This document shows, piece after piece, positions 44,740 through 54,070 of a stretch of 64,000 nt of DNA. The translations under genes were made by a program, and so were the position numbers. Source of the stretch: Candidatus Enterousia sp. GTDB lineage: Bacteria > Pseudomonadota > Alphaproteobacteria > Rs-D84. The notes under the pieces were generated by a model. The model was not told where the DNA came from. It did no database searches and worked only from the letters and a program-made list of their open reading frames with translations. The stretch covers positions 23,155 through 87,154 of the forward strand of contig JAZLHA010000014.1 in assembly GCA_045616625.1 (NCBI GenBank), written 5' to 3'. Numbering within the stretch: position 1 is the stretch's first letter; each line of letters begins with the position of its first letter.

Positions 44740-47147
44740 TGGACGGTATATTTAAGTATTTTGCTGGAATAGATTTTAAGATGACATTTAGTATCATGGT
44801 TATGTTGTCTGTGTTGGTATTTTTAGTTTTATTAATATATATACCGGCATTAACACGAAAAATATTTCCAAAATTTGGTTATTCTAATTATTCTGCGTAT
44901 TTACCGTTTAAAAGTGTAAATAAAGATAATTCTGTAAATATAGAGGGTGACAGTGTTATTCGTGTTTATGAATTAGATGGAATTCAAACAAGTATTCAAG
45001 ATGACGAAACCCGTGCTAAATTTTTAGACCTGCGTGCACAATTATTTAATCAAATTCATGATTCTGGGGTTGTTATGCGTTTCTTTACAACGCGTGATAA
45101 AATAGAACAAAATATTAATTATGAATTTCATCAACCAACACTGCAAAAAATATATGATAAATGGCGTGATCAAGGTTTAAAGATTTTTATTAATAAATAT
45201 TATATTGTTTTATCTGTATATGGTGATGGTGCAAATGAAAAATTGGCACTTTATGGAAATTATATAGAATCTATATTGGCGGCATATAAACCAAAATTAT
45301 TAAAAAATAATGAAAGAAATAATCCGGCGTGTTTATTTGGTCGTATTTTATCACCAATTACAAAACCAGAACCAAAAATTTGTGATGATAATATATCACA
45401 AATGGTTGCTGTTGATGATGTTGAATTTTTACAAAATGGTTTGATTAAATATACAAGTGGAACTAAAACACAATATTCTGCGATGGTTTCTTTCAAAGTT
45501 GCACCTGATTATTTAGATGAAGAATTTTTTGCGTCTATTTCAACTATTCAAACTGAAATGATATTTATGAACGCATTTCGTATTATGGGTATGACTGATA
45601 TTAAATCAACATTACGTCAACGTACAATGACGGCTGATGAAGAAAAAACTTCTACTTTAGATCAAGTAGATGAAGCAAAATCAGTTATGGATGAAAATAT
45701 TTCTGGAAATCAGACTTTGGTTAATTATTATCCATTTTTTGCTATATTTGCAGATACTGTTGATGAACTTAATACATATATTAATGAATTTAAGAAAATA
45801 TCTGCATCTTTTGGAATATCGCCTGTTGTTGAAAATTTTGCTGCTAATGTTTCATGGTTTGCACAAATTCCTGGATTTGATATATTTCCACGTAGTTTTA
45901 AATTATTATCAAAAACTGCGGCAATTAGTATTCCTATGTCCAGTGTTCCAACCGGTGTTAAAAATTCTGATTGGGGCGAAGGACCACTTGTCGTATTTCC
46001 AACAGCCCAGGGAACACCATATCAATTTCAATTTCATGTATCTGATAAACCGGCGGCTGTGGGTCATACATTAACTATTGGTCCAACTGGTGGTGGTAAA
46101 ACTACATTATTTTCATTTTTAATTGCGCAATCTTTACGTCATCAAAAATTAAAAGCATTCTTTTTTGATAGAAATAAAGGTGCTGAGATATTTACATTAT
46201 CAGTTGGTGGTAAATATATAACTATGCAGGGCAAGGATAAAAAATCTAGTGACATAGAACAAAGTTTTGAAACACATTTAAATCCATTAAAAATGCCGGA
46301 TACGGCGGCAAATAGGGCGTTTTTACGTCGTTGGTTTTCAATTATATCGGGACAAAATGATCCGGCATCTATGGATGAAATAGCGCGCGCTGTTTCTGTA
46401 AATTTTGATTATTTATCTGATAAAGATAGAAAATTATCAAACCTGTGGGAAAGTTGTTTTTCATCCAACGGTGCTATGCGTCCTGCATTAAAAAAGTGGG
46501 TTGATGATTTACAATATGGTGAAATTTTTAACGAAGATAATGATACACTTGATTTACAGTCCAGATTAACAACTTTTGATTTTACAAATATTTTACAAGA
46601 CGATGTTTTAGCGCCTGCGGTTATATCTTATATTTTACATCGTATAAATAACACAACAGTATCTGGTGGAAATCCATCACTTATTATGATTGATGAAACT
46701 GCACCTATGCTGGAAAATAAAATGTTCCGCGATAATTTTATAGCAGGTCTGCAAGAAGGTCGTAAAAATAGACAGGCATATATGGTTGCTTTTCAACGTG
46801 CAAATGTTCTTGATAAACTTGGTATTGGTGATGTTGTTCGTGGTCAGGCTCAGACGGTTTTATTCTTCCGTAATCCGGCGGCTGATGCATCTGACTATGC
46901 ACATTGGAATCTGAATCCACTAGAAATGGCATTTATTCAGGGTAAGGCATATCCAAATTTGAAACGCGCAGTATTATTATCACGTCCAGTAAATGGTGAA
47001 TCTGTGATTTTAAATACAGAAGTTGGTGGTTTAGGTAATTTATTAAAATTATTTGAATCTGGGCGTTCTTCGGTATTATTAGCAGAAGAATTATATAAAA
47101 ACTATGGTGATAGTTTTGTGGCTGAATATTTAAAGAGAAATGAATAA
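44739..47147 (+). CDS. virB4: Type IV secretion ATPase VirB4
   Basis: 802 aa, Walker A GPTGGGKTT, Walker B-like LIMIDETAPML, located downstream of virB3. Confidence 0.9.
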   Translation: MDGIFKYFAGIDFKMTFSIMVMLSVLVFLVLLIYIPALTRKIFPKFGYSNYSAYLPFKSVNKDNSVNIEGDSVIRVYELDGIQTSIQDDETRAKFLDLRAQLFNQIHDSGVVMRFFTTRDKIEQNINYEFHQPTLQKIYDKWRDQGLKIFINKYYIVLSVYGDGANEKLALYGNYIESILAAYKPKLLKNNERNNPACLFGRILSPITKPEPKICDDNISQMVAVDDVEFLQNGLIKYTSGTKTQYSAMVSFKVAPDYLDEEFFASISTIQTEMIFMNAFRIMGMTDIKSTLRQRTMTADEEKTSTLDQVDEAKSVMDENISGNQTLVNYYPFFAIFADTVDELNTYINEFKKISASFGISPVVENFAANVSWFAQIPGFDIFPRSFKLLSKTAAISIPMSSVPTGVKNSDWGEGPLVVFPTAQGTPYQFQFHVSDKPAAVGHTLTIGPTGGGKTTLFSFLIAQSLRHQKLKAFFFDRNKGAEIFTLSVGGKYITMQGKDKKSSDIEQSFETHLNPLKMPDTAANRAFLRRWFSIISGQNDPASMDEIARAVSVNFDYLSDKDRKLSNLWESCFSSNGAMRPALKKWVDDLQYGEIFNEDNDTLDLQSRLTTFDFTNILQDDVLAPAVISYILHRINNTTVSGGNPSLIMIDETAPMLENKMFRDNFIAGLQEGRKNRQAYMVAFQRANVLDKLGIGDVVRGQAQTVLFFRNPAADASDYAHWNLNPLEMAFIQGKAYPNLKRAVLLSRPVNGESVILNTEVGGLGNLLKLFESGRSSVLLAEELYKNYGDSFVAEYLKRNE

Positions 47148-47763
47148 ATTTTTTATATTTTTGATTTGTTTTATATTTTCTGGCTTAGCGATTGCTGATG
47201 ATTGTGTTGTTTATAAATTAAAACCAAATGTAAATTTATCATCCCCAGATTGGGTAAAAACAGTTGTTCAACCATTACAACCAATGGATTTATTTCATGG
47301 AAATGTTGTTGCAACAATGGTTGATAATTATGATATTACGGCTGATATTACACCAATAGAAGATGGTTTTTGTATTGGTATAAAAAATATAGATGCGACA
47401 ATAGGTTATAGTGATTTTGAGGTTAGGGTGGATATCAGGCATCAAAAAAACACTTGTTCATATGACGCGGTTTTATCACATGAAGATCAACATATAAACG
47501 CATATTTATCAGTCATAGATGATTTTAAACAAGAATTAGAAAATTCTGTGTTTTCTGCGGCAAATTCTATAATGCCAATTTATGTTAAAGATTATAAAGA
47601 TGCAGAAAATGCTATAAACAAATTAAACGAACAATTACAAAATCATCCAGATTTAATCCTTATAAAGCAAAAAATAAAAGCCGCTGAAGAAATTAGAAAT
47701 AAGCAAGTTGATGAAAATTCTAATAATGAAACACTTAAAAAGTGTATAGAACAAAATCCTTGA
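47140..47763 (+). CDS. Secreted protein with an HExxH motif (DUF922-like?), translationally coupled to virB4
   Basis: Signal peptide MNKFFIFLICFIFSGLAIA. HEDQH at residues 114-118. It overlaps the virB4 stop by 8 bp (ATGAATAA). Confidence 0.65.
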   Translation: MNKFFIFLICFIFSGLAIADDCVVYKLKPNVNLSSPDWVKTVVQPLQPMDLFHGNVVATMVDNYDITADITPIEDGFCIGIKNIDATIGYSDFEVRVDIRHQKNTCSYDAVLSHEDQHINAYLSVIDDFKQELENSVFSAANSIMPIYVKDYKDAENAINKLNEQLQNHPDLILIKQKIKAAEEIRNKQVDENSNNETLKKCIEQNP

Positions 47764-47808
47764 AAAACAGGTTTTATATACTAATATGTCCTATATAAAA
47801 GGATATAT

Positions 47809-48114
47809 ATGTCAACATTAAAGAGTAATTTAATAGAATATACAGGATATAATCCTGATAATTATGTTTCAAACCACTGTGTTGCTGACGGCAGGTTTTG
47901 TGCACGTTGTAATAAATGTGGTAGTGTTGGAAATTTTCGCGCATGTGCTGAAACTTCTTTTTCTGAAATTATAATATTTGGTCTTTTAGAAGTTGAAACC
48001 TTTGGTGTTTGTAATAAATTTGAATTTAAAGAAAGTATGGGTGGTAAAGCACCAAATATATCATTATTAAAAAGAGCAGTATTAACATTAAGTGGTTTTG
48101 AGTTTGAGAGATAA
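47809..48114 (+). CDS. Small Cys-rich protein (HiPIP-like Cys spacing), paralogue of 8734-9057
   Basis: FCARCNKCGSVGNFRACAETS...FGVCNKFEF...GGKAPNISLLKR aligns with the 8734 ORF. Confidence 0.6.
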   Translation: MSTLKSNLIEYTGYNPDNYVSNHCVADGRFCARCNKCGSVGNFRACAETSFSEIIIFGLLEVETFGVCNKFEFKESMGGKAPNISLLKRAVLTLSGFEFER

Positions 48115-48471
48115 AAATGTCAAAATTTTCCGCATCTTATAGTGTATTTTTAACATTTTATACAAATCAATCTATATGGTCTAATATTCCACATCAGGCT
48201 TTACTTGCGTTAAAGAAAACAACAAAAAAATACAATTATAAGGCTAGTAAACAGCCGTTGATACATTTTATCAAACAACAGAGAAAGAAATAAAAATTAA
48301 ACAAAAAGGTAATTTTATGCGAATAGATTATGGTCCAAATGAAAAAACAAATAAATAACAATATCATCCAAAAGATTGTGACAGAGAAGAAAAACAGGTT
48401 TTTAGGTCTCTTTTTGGACCTTATTTTGGTAGATAGTAATAGTATATTTTTATTTAAGACAAGAAATAATA

Positions 48472-48729
48472 ATGAAATATGTTAAATCTGGAACATTTAC
48501 ATCTGAACAATTAAATATTTCTGAAACAATTTGCAAAATAAGCGATACAATTTCAATTGCAAAAAGTATAATTGAAAAACTTGATACACCAAAAGACATA
48601 AAAAAAGAATTGGCCGTTGCATTAAATAATTTGACAGAAACAGAATCTTATTTACCATGTTTGAAACATAAATCAGATATTGCTCTAAAATTTGTTCCGG
48701 AATCTGTTCAAACCGAAAAGTACTTATAA
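48472..48729 (+). CDS. Hypothetical small protein
   Basis: 85-aa ORF with no recognisable motif. Confidence 0.4.
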   Translation: MKYVKSGTFTSEQLNISETICKISDTISIAKSIIEKLDTPKDIKKELAVALNNLTETESYLPCLKHKSDIALKFVPESVQTEKYL

Positions 48730-48759
48730 TTGTTATTTAATAAAAAATATGTTGAGAAT

Positions 48760-48990
48760 GGATTTCGCTCGACACAAAGTGTCTGCGCGGCAACCGTAAT
48801 GATTTTGGTGCGCTGTACTTCCAAAATCTACTTGTTGTGCGCGGGGCGCGACCTTGAAAATTTTGCCGATGGCAAACCGGCATACTCCATTTGCCTATTT
48901 TCTACGGTTGAACCACCTTTATCGTGGTTCAAATTCAATACAACACACATATTTAATAAAAAACGCCCACAGGTGGGGCATTTTTTATTA
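48760..48990 (+). ncRNA. Candidate structured small RNA of unknown family, ending in an intrinsic terminator
   Basis: A GC-rich island within AT-rich spacer. Hairpins: GACAC-aaa-GTGTC (48771-83), GATTTTGG-N12-CCAAAATC (48801-28), TTGAACCAC-N7-GTGGTTCAA (48908-32). There is also a perfect long-range pairing, CAACCGTA (48791-98) with TACGGTTG (48903-10). A weak terminator with a T-run lies at ~48962-48990. Strand and ends are uncertain. Confidence 0.4.
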
Positions 48991-48995
48991 AATCT

Positions 48996-49072
<77 letters not shown>

Positions 49073-49192
49073 ATAAGTGTTGTGTATTTTACATGAATAT
49101 ACCCAATAGTCAAGTTTTTTTCCAAATAATGACTATCTGTCTTGAAATTTGTTGTTTTAGTTGCTATTATGCCAATCGTACAAGGATATATA

Positions 49193-49966
49193 ATGAGTTT
49201 TAAAAAATTATGGAAGAATTTTTGGCGCTATTTTATGGGGCTGGGAATTGTTCAATGGCCAATCGCAATAATTTTTGCCATTTTAATCTGGTTTGTATAT
49301 TTTACATGTTGTACACATGTTGAAAACAAACAGATTTTAAAACAATATCGTCGGAAATCTGCGGTTGTTGTTCTTTGGCATGGGCGGTCTATGATGTTGG
49401 CACCAGTTATGGCTATGTATCATATGCGGACTTGTTCGCTTGCGAGTAAGAACAAAGATGGCCGTATGATGGCAAAAATGTTAAAACTATTTGGTGCCAC
49501 GAAGAGTATTTATGGAACACATTATGATGGTGGGGTATCCGCTTTGTGTAACGGGGTTCGTATGTTGCGTCGTGGAAATCGTTCTATTGTTATGTGTCCT
49601 GATGGACCATCTGGTCCGTCTATGCGTGTTAAAGACGGTTTGTTGTATTATGCCAAGATGAGTGGTGCACCAATTATTCCAGTATGTTTTACTTGTTCGC
49701 GTCCATGGATTCAAAAACGTTGGGATAGATATATGGTGGCAACACCTTTTTCTAAAATAGTTGTAAATGTTGGAAAACCTATTTTTGTTCCTGGAAAAAC
49801 GAGTAAAAAAGAATTTGAAGATGTTAAGCATAATATAGATTCTGTGATGATTAAACAATTACGCAGACTAGATTCTATGTATGATTTATTTAAAGTAGAA
49901 GAGGGCTTAGATTCTGCTGAATTTAAAGAAAAATTACGTCAACAAAAAAGAGAGCATAGAAAATGA
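49193..49966 (+). CDS. DUF374-domain (lysophospholipid acyltransferase-like) protein
   Basis: VVLWHGRSMM...KDGRMMA...CPDGPSGP...GAPIIPV pattern, and its position immediately upstream of lpxK. Start moved to the internal ATG at 49193. Confidence 0.75.
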   Translation: MSFKKLWKNFWRYFMGLGIVQWPIAIIFAILIWFVYFTCCTHVENKQILKQYRRKSAVVVLWHGRSMMLAPVMAMYHMRTCSLASKNKDGRMMAKMLKLFGATKSIYGTHYDGGVSALCNGVRMLRRGNRSIVMCPDGPSGPSMRVKDGLLYYAKMSGAPIIPVCFTCSRPWIQKRWDRYMVATPFSKIVVNVGKPIFVPGKTSKKEFEDVKHNIDSVMIKQLRRLDSMYDLFKVEEGLDSAEFKEKLRQQKREHRK

Positions 49967-50868
49967 AAACACCTTGGTGGTTTTTACATAAGACGCCTCT
50001 ATCTTTTATTTTGTTGCCAATATCGTTAGTTTATTACGGTGTGTCGCGCACAGTCTATTCTATTCGTAAAATAAAACAATATAAGTCTCGCAGACCGATA
50101 ATTTGTGTTGGTAATATTTTAGCGGGCGGGGTTGGTAAAACACCAATTGTGCGTGCAATTGCAAATTATTTTTCAGCACCTGTTGTTATGCGTGGATATA
50201 AGCAAGATATAACGAAAGGGCGTAACTCTGACGAGGCGTGTATGTTATCATCTGATGGTCTGCAGGTTCATACTGGAAACAGAAAAAGCAATTTAGTTTT
50301 ATTAAATAAACAGACAAACGAAACCGGTCCAATAGTTATGGATGATGGTTTTCAAAATTCATCTATTCATAAAGATATTTCAATAGTGGTTTTTGATGAA
50401 TCTATTGGTTTAGGTAATAAATTTTTGTTGCCTGCGGGTCCATTACGCGAACCACGCAGTAGCTTGCAACGTGCAGATGCTTTTATTGTTATTAAATCTG
50501 GTAATAATAAATCTAAACTAGAATTACCTGTGGGAAAATCAATGTTTTTTGCTGAAAATAAAACGATAGTTCCATTTAAAAATGATGAAAAGTTAGTTGC
50601 TTTTGCTGGTATTGGTTATCCCAGAAAATTTTTCAGGTCACTAAAAAATGTTGTTGCGACGCGCGCATTTGCAGATCATTACCAGTACACAGATGATGAT
50701 ATTAATAAACTATTAAAATTGGCTGAGAAAAAGAGAGCAAAACTTATTACTACGGAAAAAGATTGGGTGCGTTTATTACCAGAGGCACAAGAAAAAATAC
50801 AATTTGCAAAATTAGAAACAAAAATAGAAGATAAATTTTTTGATTGGATAAAGGAAAGGTTAAAATGA
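49963..50868 (+). CDS. lpxK: Tetraacyldisaccharide 4'-kinase
   Basis: P-loop VGNILAGGVGKTP. ATGA overlap with the upstream gene. Confidence 0.88.
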   Translation: MKTPWWFLHKTPLSFILLPISLVYYGVSRTVYSIRKIKQYKSRRPIICVGNILAGGVGKTPIVRAIANYFSAPVVMRGYKQDITKGRNSDEACMLSSDGLQVHTGNRKSNLVLLNKQTNETGPIVMDDGFQNSSIHKDISIVVFDESIGLGNKFLLPAGPLREPRSSLQRADAFIVIKSGNNKSKLELPVGKSMFFAENKTIVPFKNDEKLVAFAGIGYPRKFFRSLKNVVATRAFADHYQYTDDDINKLLKLAEKKRAKLITTEKDWVRLLPEAQEKIQFAKLETKIEDKFFDWIKERLK

Positions 50869-51794
50869 CAACTTTTAAGCGCGAAATTAAAATTTCTGGG
50901 GTTGGTATTCATTCTGGTAAAACTGTAAATATGATTGTTAAACCATCAAAAAAAAATGGAATAGTTTTTTATCGCACAGATTTAGATAAAAAATTTGCTA
51001 TACCTGCAACATATAATAATGTTGGTGAAACAAAGATGCGCAATACAACAATTGGAAATATTTGTGGGGCGCATGTTCAAACTATTGAACATTTGATGGC
51101 GGCATTGTTTATTGTTGGTGTGGATAGTGCAATTATTCAAATAGATGGTCCAGAAACACCTATCTTGGATGGCAGTGCTTATGAATTTATAAAAATGTTT
51201 TTAGATGCTGGAACTACATCAGGTAAATTAAAACATATAATTGTTAAACATGAAGTAATTGCAAAATCGTCAGAGATAAAAGTGTCTAAATTAGTTCGCT
51301 TAAAGTATTGGTTGTTAAATAAACTTGCTGGTCGTAAAACGGCGGGTTATGTTAAATTATCGCCGAATGGCAAAAAAGAAATGAATATTGTTGCAACACT
51401 TGTTTATCCTGAAAAAATTATATGGGAACAAACTTGTTCGTATAAATATGATGGAACAAAGAAATCTATAAATGATTTTGTGAAAAATGTTGCACGTGCG
51501 CGTACTTTTGGAAAATATTCTGAATGGGAATTTTTGAAAAAGCATGGTATGGCACGCGGTGCAAATGAACACAATGTAATTGCATTAAATAACGATGGTT
51601 CAGATACTCTTAATGAATTGCTATGGAAAAATGAATTTGTTCGTCACAAGGTCGTTGATTTAGTTGGTGATATGTTTACATCTGGCGGAATTGTTTGTGC
51701 CGACATAATATCATACAAGGGTAGTCATGCATTAAACAATATTGTTTTGCGTAAACTGTTTAGTGACCCAGAAAACTATGAAGTAATAGGTTAG
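50865..51794 (+). CDS. lpxC: UDP-3-O-acyl-N-acetylglucosamine deacetylase
   Basis: ISGVGIHSGK, TIEHLMAAL, EFVRHKVVDLVGDM. Start set at the ATG overlapping the lpxK stop. Confidence 0.9.
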   Translation: MTTFKREIKISGVGIHSGKTVNMIVKPSKKNGIVFYRTDLDKKFAIPATYNNVGETKMRNTTIGNICGAHVQTIEHLMAALFIVGVDSAIIQIDGPETPILDGSAYEFIKMFLDAGTTSGKLKHIIVKHEVIAKSSEIKVSKLVRLKYWLLNKLAGRKTAGYVKLSPNGKKEMNIVATLVYPEKIIWEQTCSYKYDGTKKSINDFVKNVARARTFGKYSEWEFLKKHGMARGANEHNVIALNNDGSDTLNELLWKNEFVRHKVVDLVGDMFTSGGIVCADIISYKGSHALNNIVLRKLFSDPENYEVIG

Positions 51795-51797
51795 TGG

Positions 51798-52115
51798 ATG
51801 AAAAAACTATACACTTTATTATTTTTAGGATTGTGTTCCTGTACAGGTACATCAAATGTTGATTATAGCAATGTTTTAACGCGTCTGGAAACTGTACCAA
51901 ACACATGTTTTTATTTATATAAAATGGATTCAACTGTATCGGTCTATAATAAAAAAGATGCCTTTGAATATGTTGAAAAATCTATTGTTGAAAACGAACG
52001 TGGTGGAAATGCTTACAGAATAGAAAAACAAGAAATAGAGTCTATTCCTGGGGCTGTTTTTGGGCCGAAAAATAAATATATTATTTCTGTAAAAGTTTAT
52101 GACTGTTCAAAATAG
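51798..52115 (+). CDS. Small lipoprotein of unknown function
   Basis: Lipobox LLFLGLCSC, 105 aa. Confidence 0.6.
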   Translation: MKKLYTLLFLGLCSCTGTSNVDYSNVLTRLETVPNTCFYLYKMDSTVSVYNKKDAFEYVEKSIVENERGGNAYRIEKQEIESIPGAVFGPKNKYIISVKVYDCSK

Positions 52116-52184
52116 TCAATAACGGTATTTTTGCTTTGCCAAGGTTAATGTTTTTGTGTTATAATTGTTGCAACGAGAGAGAAA

Positions 52185-53432
52185 TTGGCAAATCAAATAA
52201 TACATATTAACAAGAAAAAATACGCAGTTGGTCTGGTTTGGCAACCGATTGGTTCTGGTTTTTCGGCGCGTAATTATGCACACAATTTGGCGCATAATAT
52301 AAACAAAAAACTTAATTTATTTACTGAATTCCATTCCATGGTTGGTTTAGGTTCGTATAGGTTTGGACAATATGGTGGTATGCCGGTTGCAGCCGCAGAG
52401 ATTATGAACGGTCTGGCTGAATATTCATCATTTTTGGCGGCATTTTCTGTGGATAATGGTTTTTATATTGTTGCGGTTAGAAACGGTATTATTTTACAAG
52501 ATATATTTTTATCTCTTGAAAAGGATGCACGTGCAGAGTATGCGCGGTTGGCACAACTTCCTGATTGGGGGGCGTTGATTGCGCCTGAAATCTGGTCTAT
52601 GCCGCGTGCGGTTGAACGTCAAATTATAAAAGTTGTATCAAGCCCAGCACGTGTATTATTACATCCAATTAGCAGATTTCGGACAACACTTTGGCCGTTG
52701 TTTGCATTGTTTATATTTTTAAGCATAGTATTTATTTTCTTTCGTGAACCAATAAGTCAAATACGCAAAACTGATAAAATAGATCCGTCTGTGGCCGAAG
52801 AATATCAGCGCAGATTAGAAGAAAAAAACAAGGAATTGGATAAGCAATTTGAAATTGTAAAAGAAGAAATTAAACCAATTGTTTTACCGTATAATAATTT
52901 GCCCGAAATAAATGCACGCGCAGAACAGTGCTATAAAGCAATTGGTTTTTTAATGCAGCCGATTGCTGGATGGAATCAAAAAAGTGTTGAATGTAATGGT
53001 AAATATGTTGTCGCGCAAATGGAGCGCGATTTTGGAACTTTGGGCGATTTTTATATGCTTGCATCAAGCGTTATTCCAAATTCTTTTGTCCAAGAACACG
53101 ATGAAAATAATATAACTGTGACAGCGGTTCTGCCAACAATAGAAACATATTCGTCCCAGGATGAACGTGATGCAGAATCCGTCGTTCGTGATGTGACAAC
53201 AATATTCCAAATGTTGGATAGTCCTGTGAACATTGAATCTGTGGTTGATACATTAACCAATGGTGTTGATACAGTTTTGTTAAATGTTGTTGAAATTGCA
53301 GCGCAGTCAAAAATGACACCCATGCAATTTATAAGAATATTTGACAATTTTAGTGGTGTTTATATGACACGATGTGTATGGAATGCGGTTAATCGCATTT
53401 GGAACTATGAGGTGATAATCTATGCAAAATAA
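52185..53432 (+). CDS. PilO-like (R64/type IVb pilus accessory protein family) protein
   Basis: 415 aa with one central TM helix, a TTG start after the gagagag RBS, and N-terminal KKKYAVGLVWQP. Size and position, directly before the PilP/PilQ/PilR-like genes, mirror the IncI1 R64 pilO-P-Q-R order. The assignment rests on synteny plus weak motif memory. Confidence 0.5.
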   Translation: MANQIIHINKKKYAVGLVWQPIGSGFSARNYAHNLAHNINKKLNLFTEFHSMVGLGSYRFGQYGGMPVAAAEIMNGLAEYSSFLAAFSVDNGFYIVAVRNGIILQDIFLSLEKDARAEYARLAQLPDWGALIAPEIWSMPRAVERQIIKVVSSPARVLLHPISRFRTTLWPLFALFIFLSIVFIFFREPISQIRKTDKIDPSVAEEYQRRLEEKNKELDKQFEIVKEEIKPIVLPYNNLPEINARAEQCYKAIGFLMQPIAGWNQKSVECNGKYVVAQMERDFGTLGDFYMLASSVIPNSFVQEHDENNITVTAVLPTIETYSSQDERDAESVVRDVTTIFQMLDSPVNIESVVDTLTNGVDTVLLNVVEIAAQSKMTPMQFIRIFDNFSGVYMTRCVWNAVNRIWNYEVIIYAK

Positions 53433-54066
53433 AATGTTTTTATTTAATATAATAATATCTTGTCTGTTTTGTTTAAATGTTTTTGCTGAAACAGAGGTTG
53501 ATATAGTCGCAGAAGATTTATCTGCGGAAAGTGTTGCGGAATATAAAGTTGATGGTTCTGTGTTTCAACAAATTACAACACTAGAACAAGAAAAAGTTTT
53601 GATGCAACTTGAAAAAGAACGTGCCCAACTTGATTTAGAACTAGATAAATTAGCCGCTGAAAAAATAAAATTAAATATGGAAATAGATACACTTTCTGGT
53701 CGTGCCGAACAACAACAGCAAGAATTAGATAATGAACGCGCAAAATTAGAGGCTGAGGCTGAAAAAATAGCACGTGAACGCGAAAATTTGCTTAATGCAC
53801 CAAGCTCAGAATCCGGAACAACAGTTCAAAAACCAGTACAAAGCGCTATCCAAGAAAGTGTTAGTTCAATGTATAAATTGGTAAATGTTTTGGGTGCGGG
53901 TTCACAATTACAGGCGACACTTGAAGATTTATCAACAGGTCAGAAAAAACGTGTAAGTGTTGGTAAGAAAATTGGTGGCTTTATGGTTAAATCTATATCT
54001 TTATACGAGGGTGTTGTTTTTGAAAAAGACGGTGAAACACAAACATTAAATATCGCAAACAGATAA
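53422..54066 (+). CDS. PilP-like type IV pilus biogenesis protein (signal peptide, coiled coil, C-terminal beta domain)
   Basis: Signal peptide, a long EQ-rich coiled coil, and C-terminal YKLVNVLGAGSQLQATLEDLSTGQKKRVSVGKKIGGFMVKSISLYEGVVFEKDGE, typical of PilP/GspC-HR-like domains. Confidence 0.5.
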   Translation: MQNKMFLFNIIISCLFCLNVFAETEVDIVAEDLSAESVAEYKVDGSVFQQITTLEQEKVLMQLEKERAQLDLELDKLAAEKIKLNMEIDTLSGRAEQQQQELDNERAKLEAEAEKIARERENLLNAPSSESGTTVQKPVQSAIQESVSSMYKLVNVLGAGSQLQATLEDLSTGQKKRVSVGKKIGGFMVKSISLYEGVVFEKDGETQTLNIANR

Positions 54067-54070
54067 TAAA

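Noticed and set aside
48760-48990. Idea that the structured region is a two-piece alphaproteobacterial tmRNA, SRP RNA, RNase P RNA or 6S RNA
   Set aside because: I found no T-arm followed by an ACCA end. I found no tag ORF ending in (A)LAA. There is no GGAA-tetraloop/AGCA SRP domain IV motif and no RNase P P4 consensus (GAGGAAAGUCC). It is left as unknown class pending cmscan.
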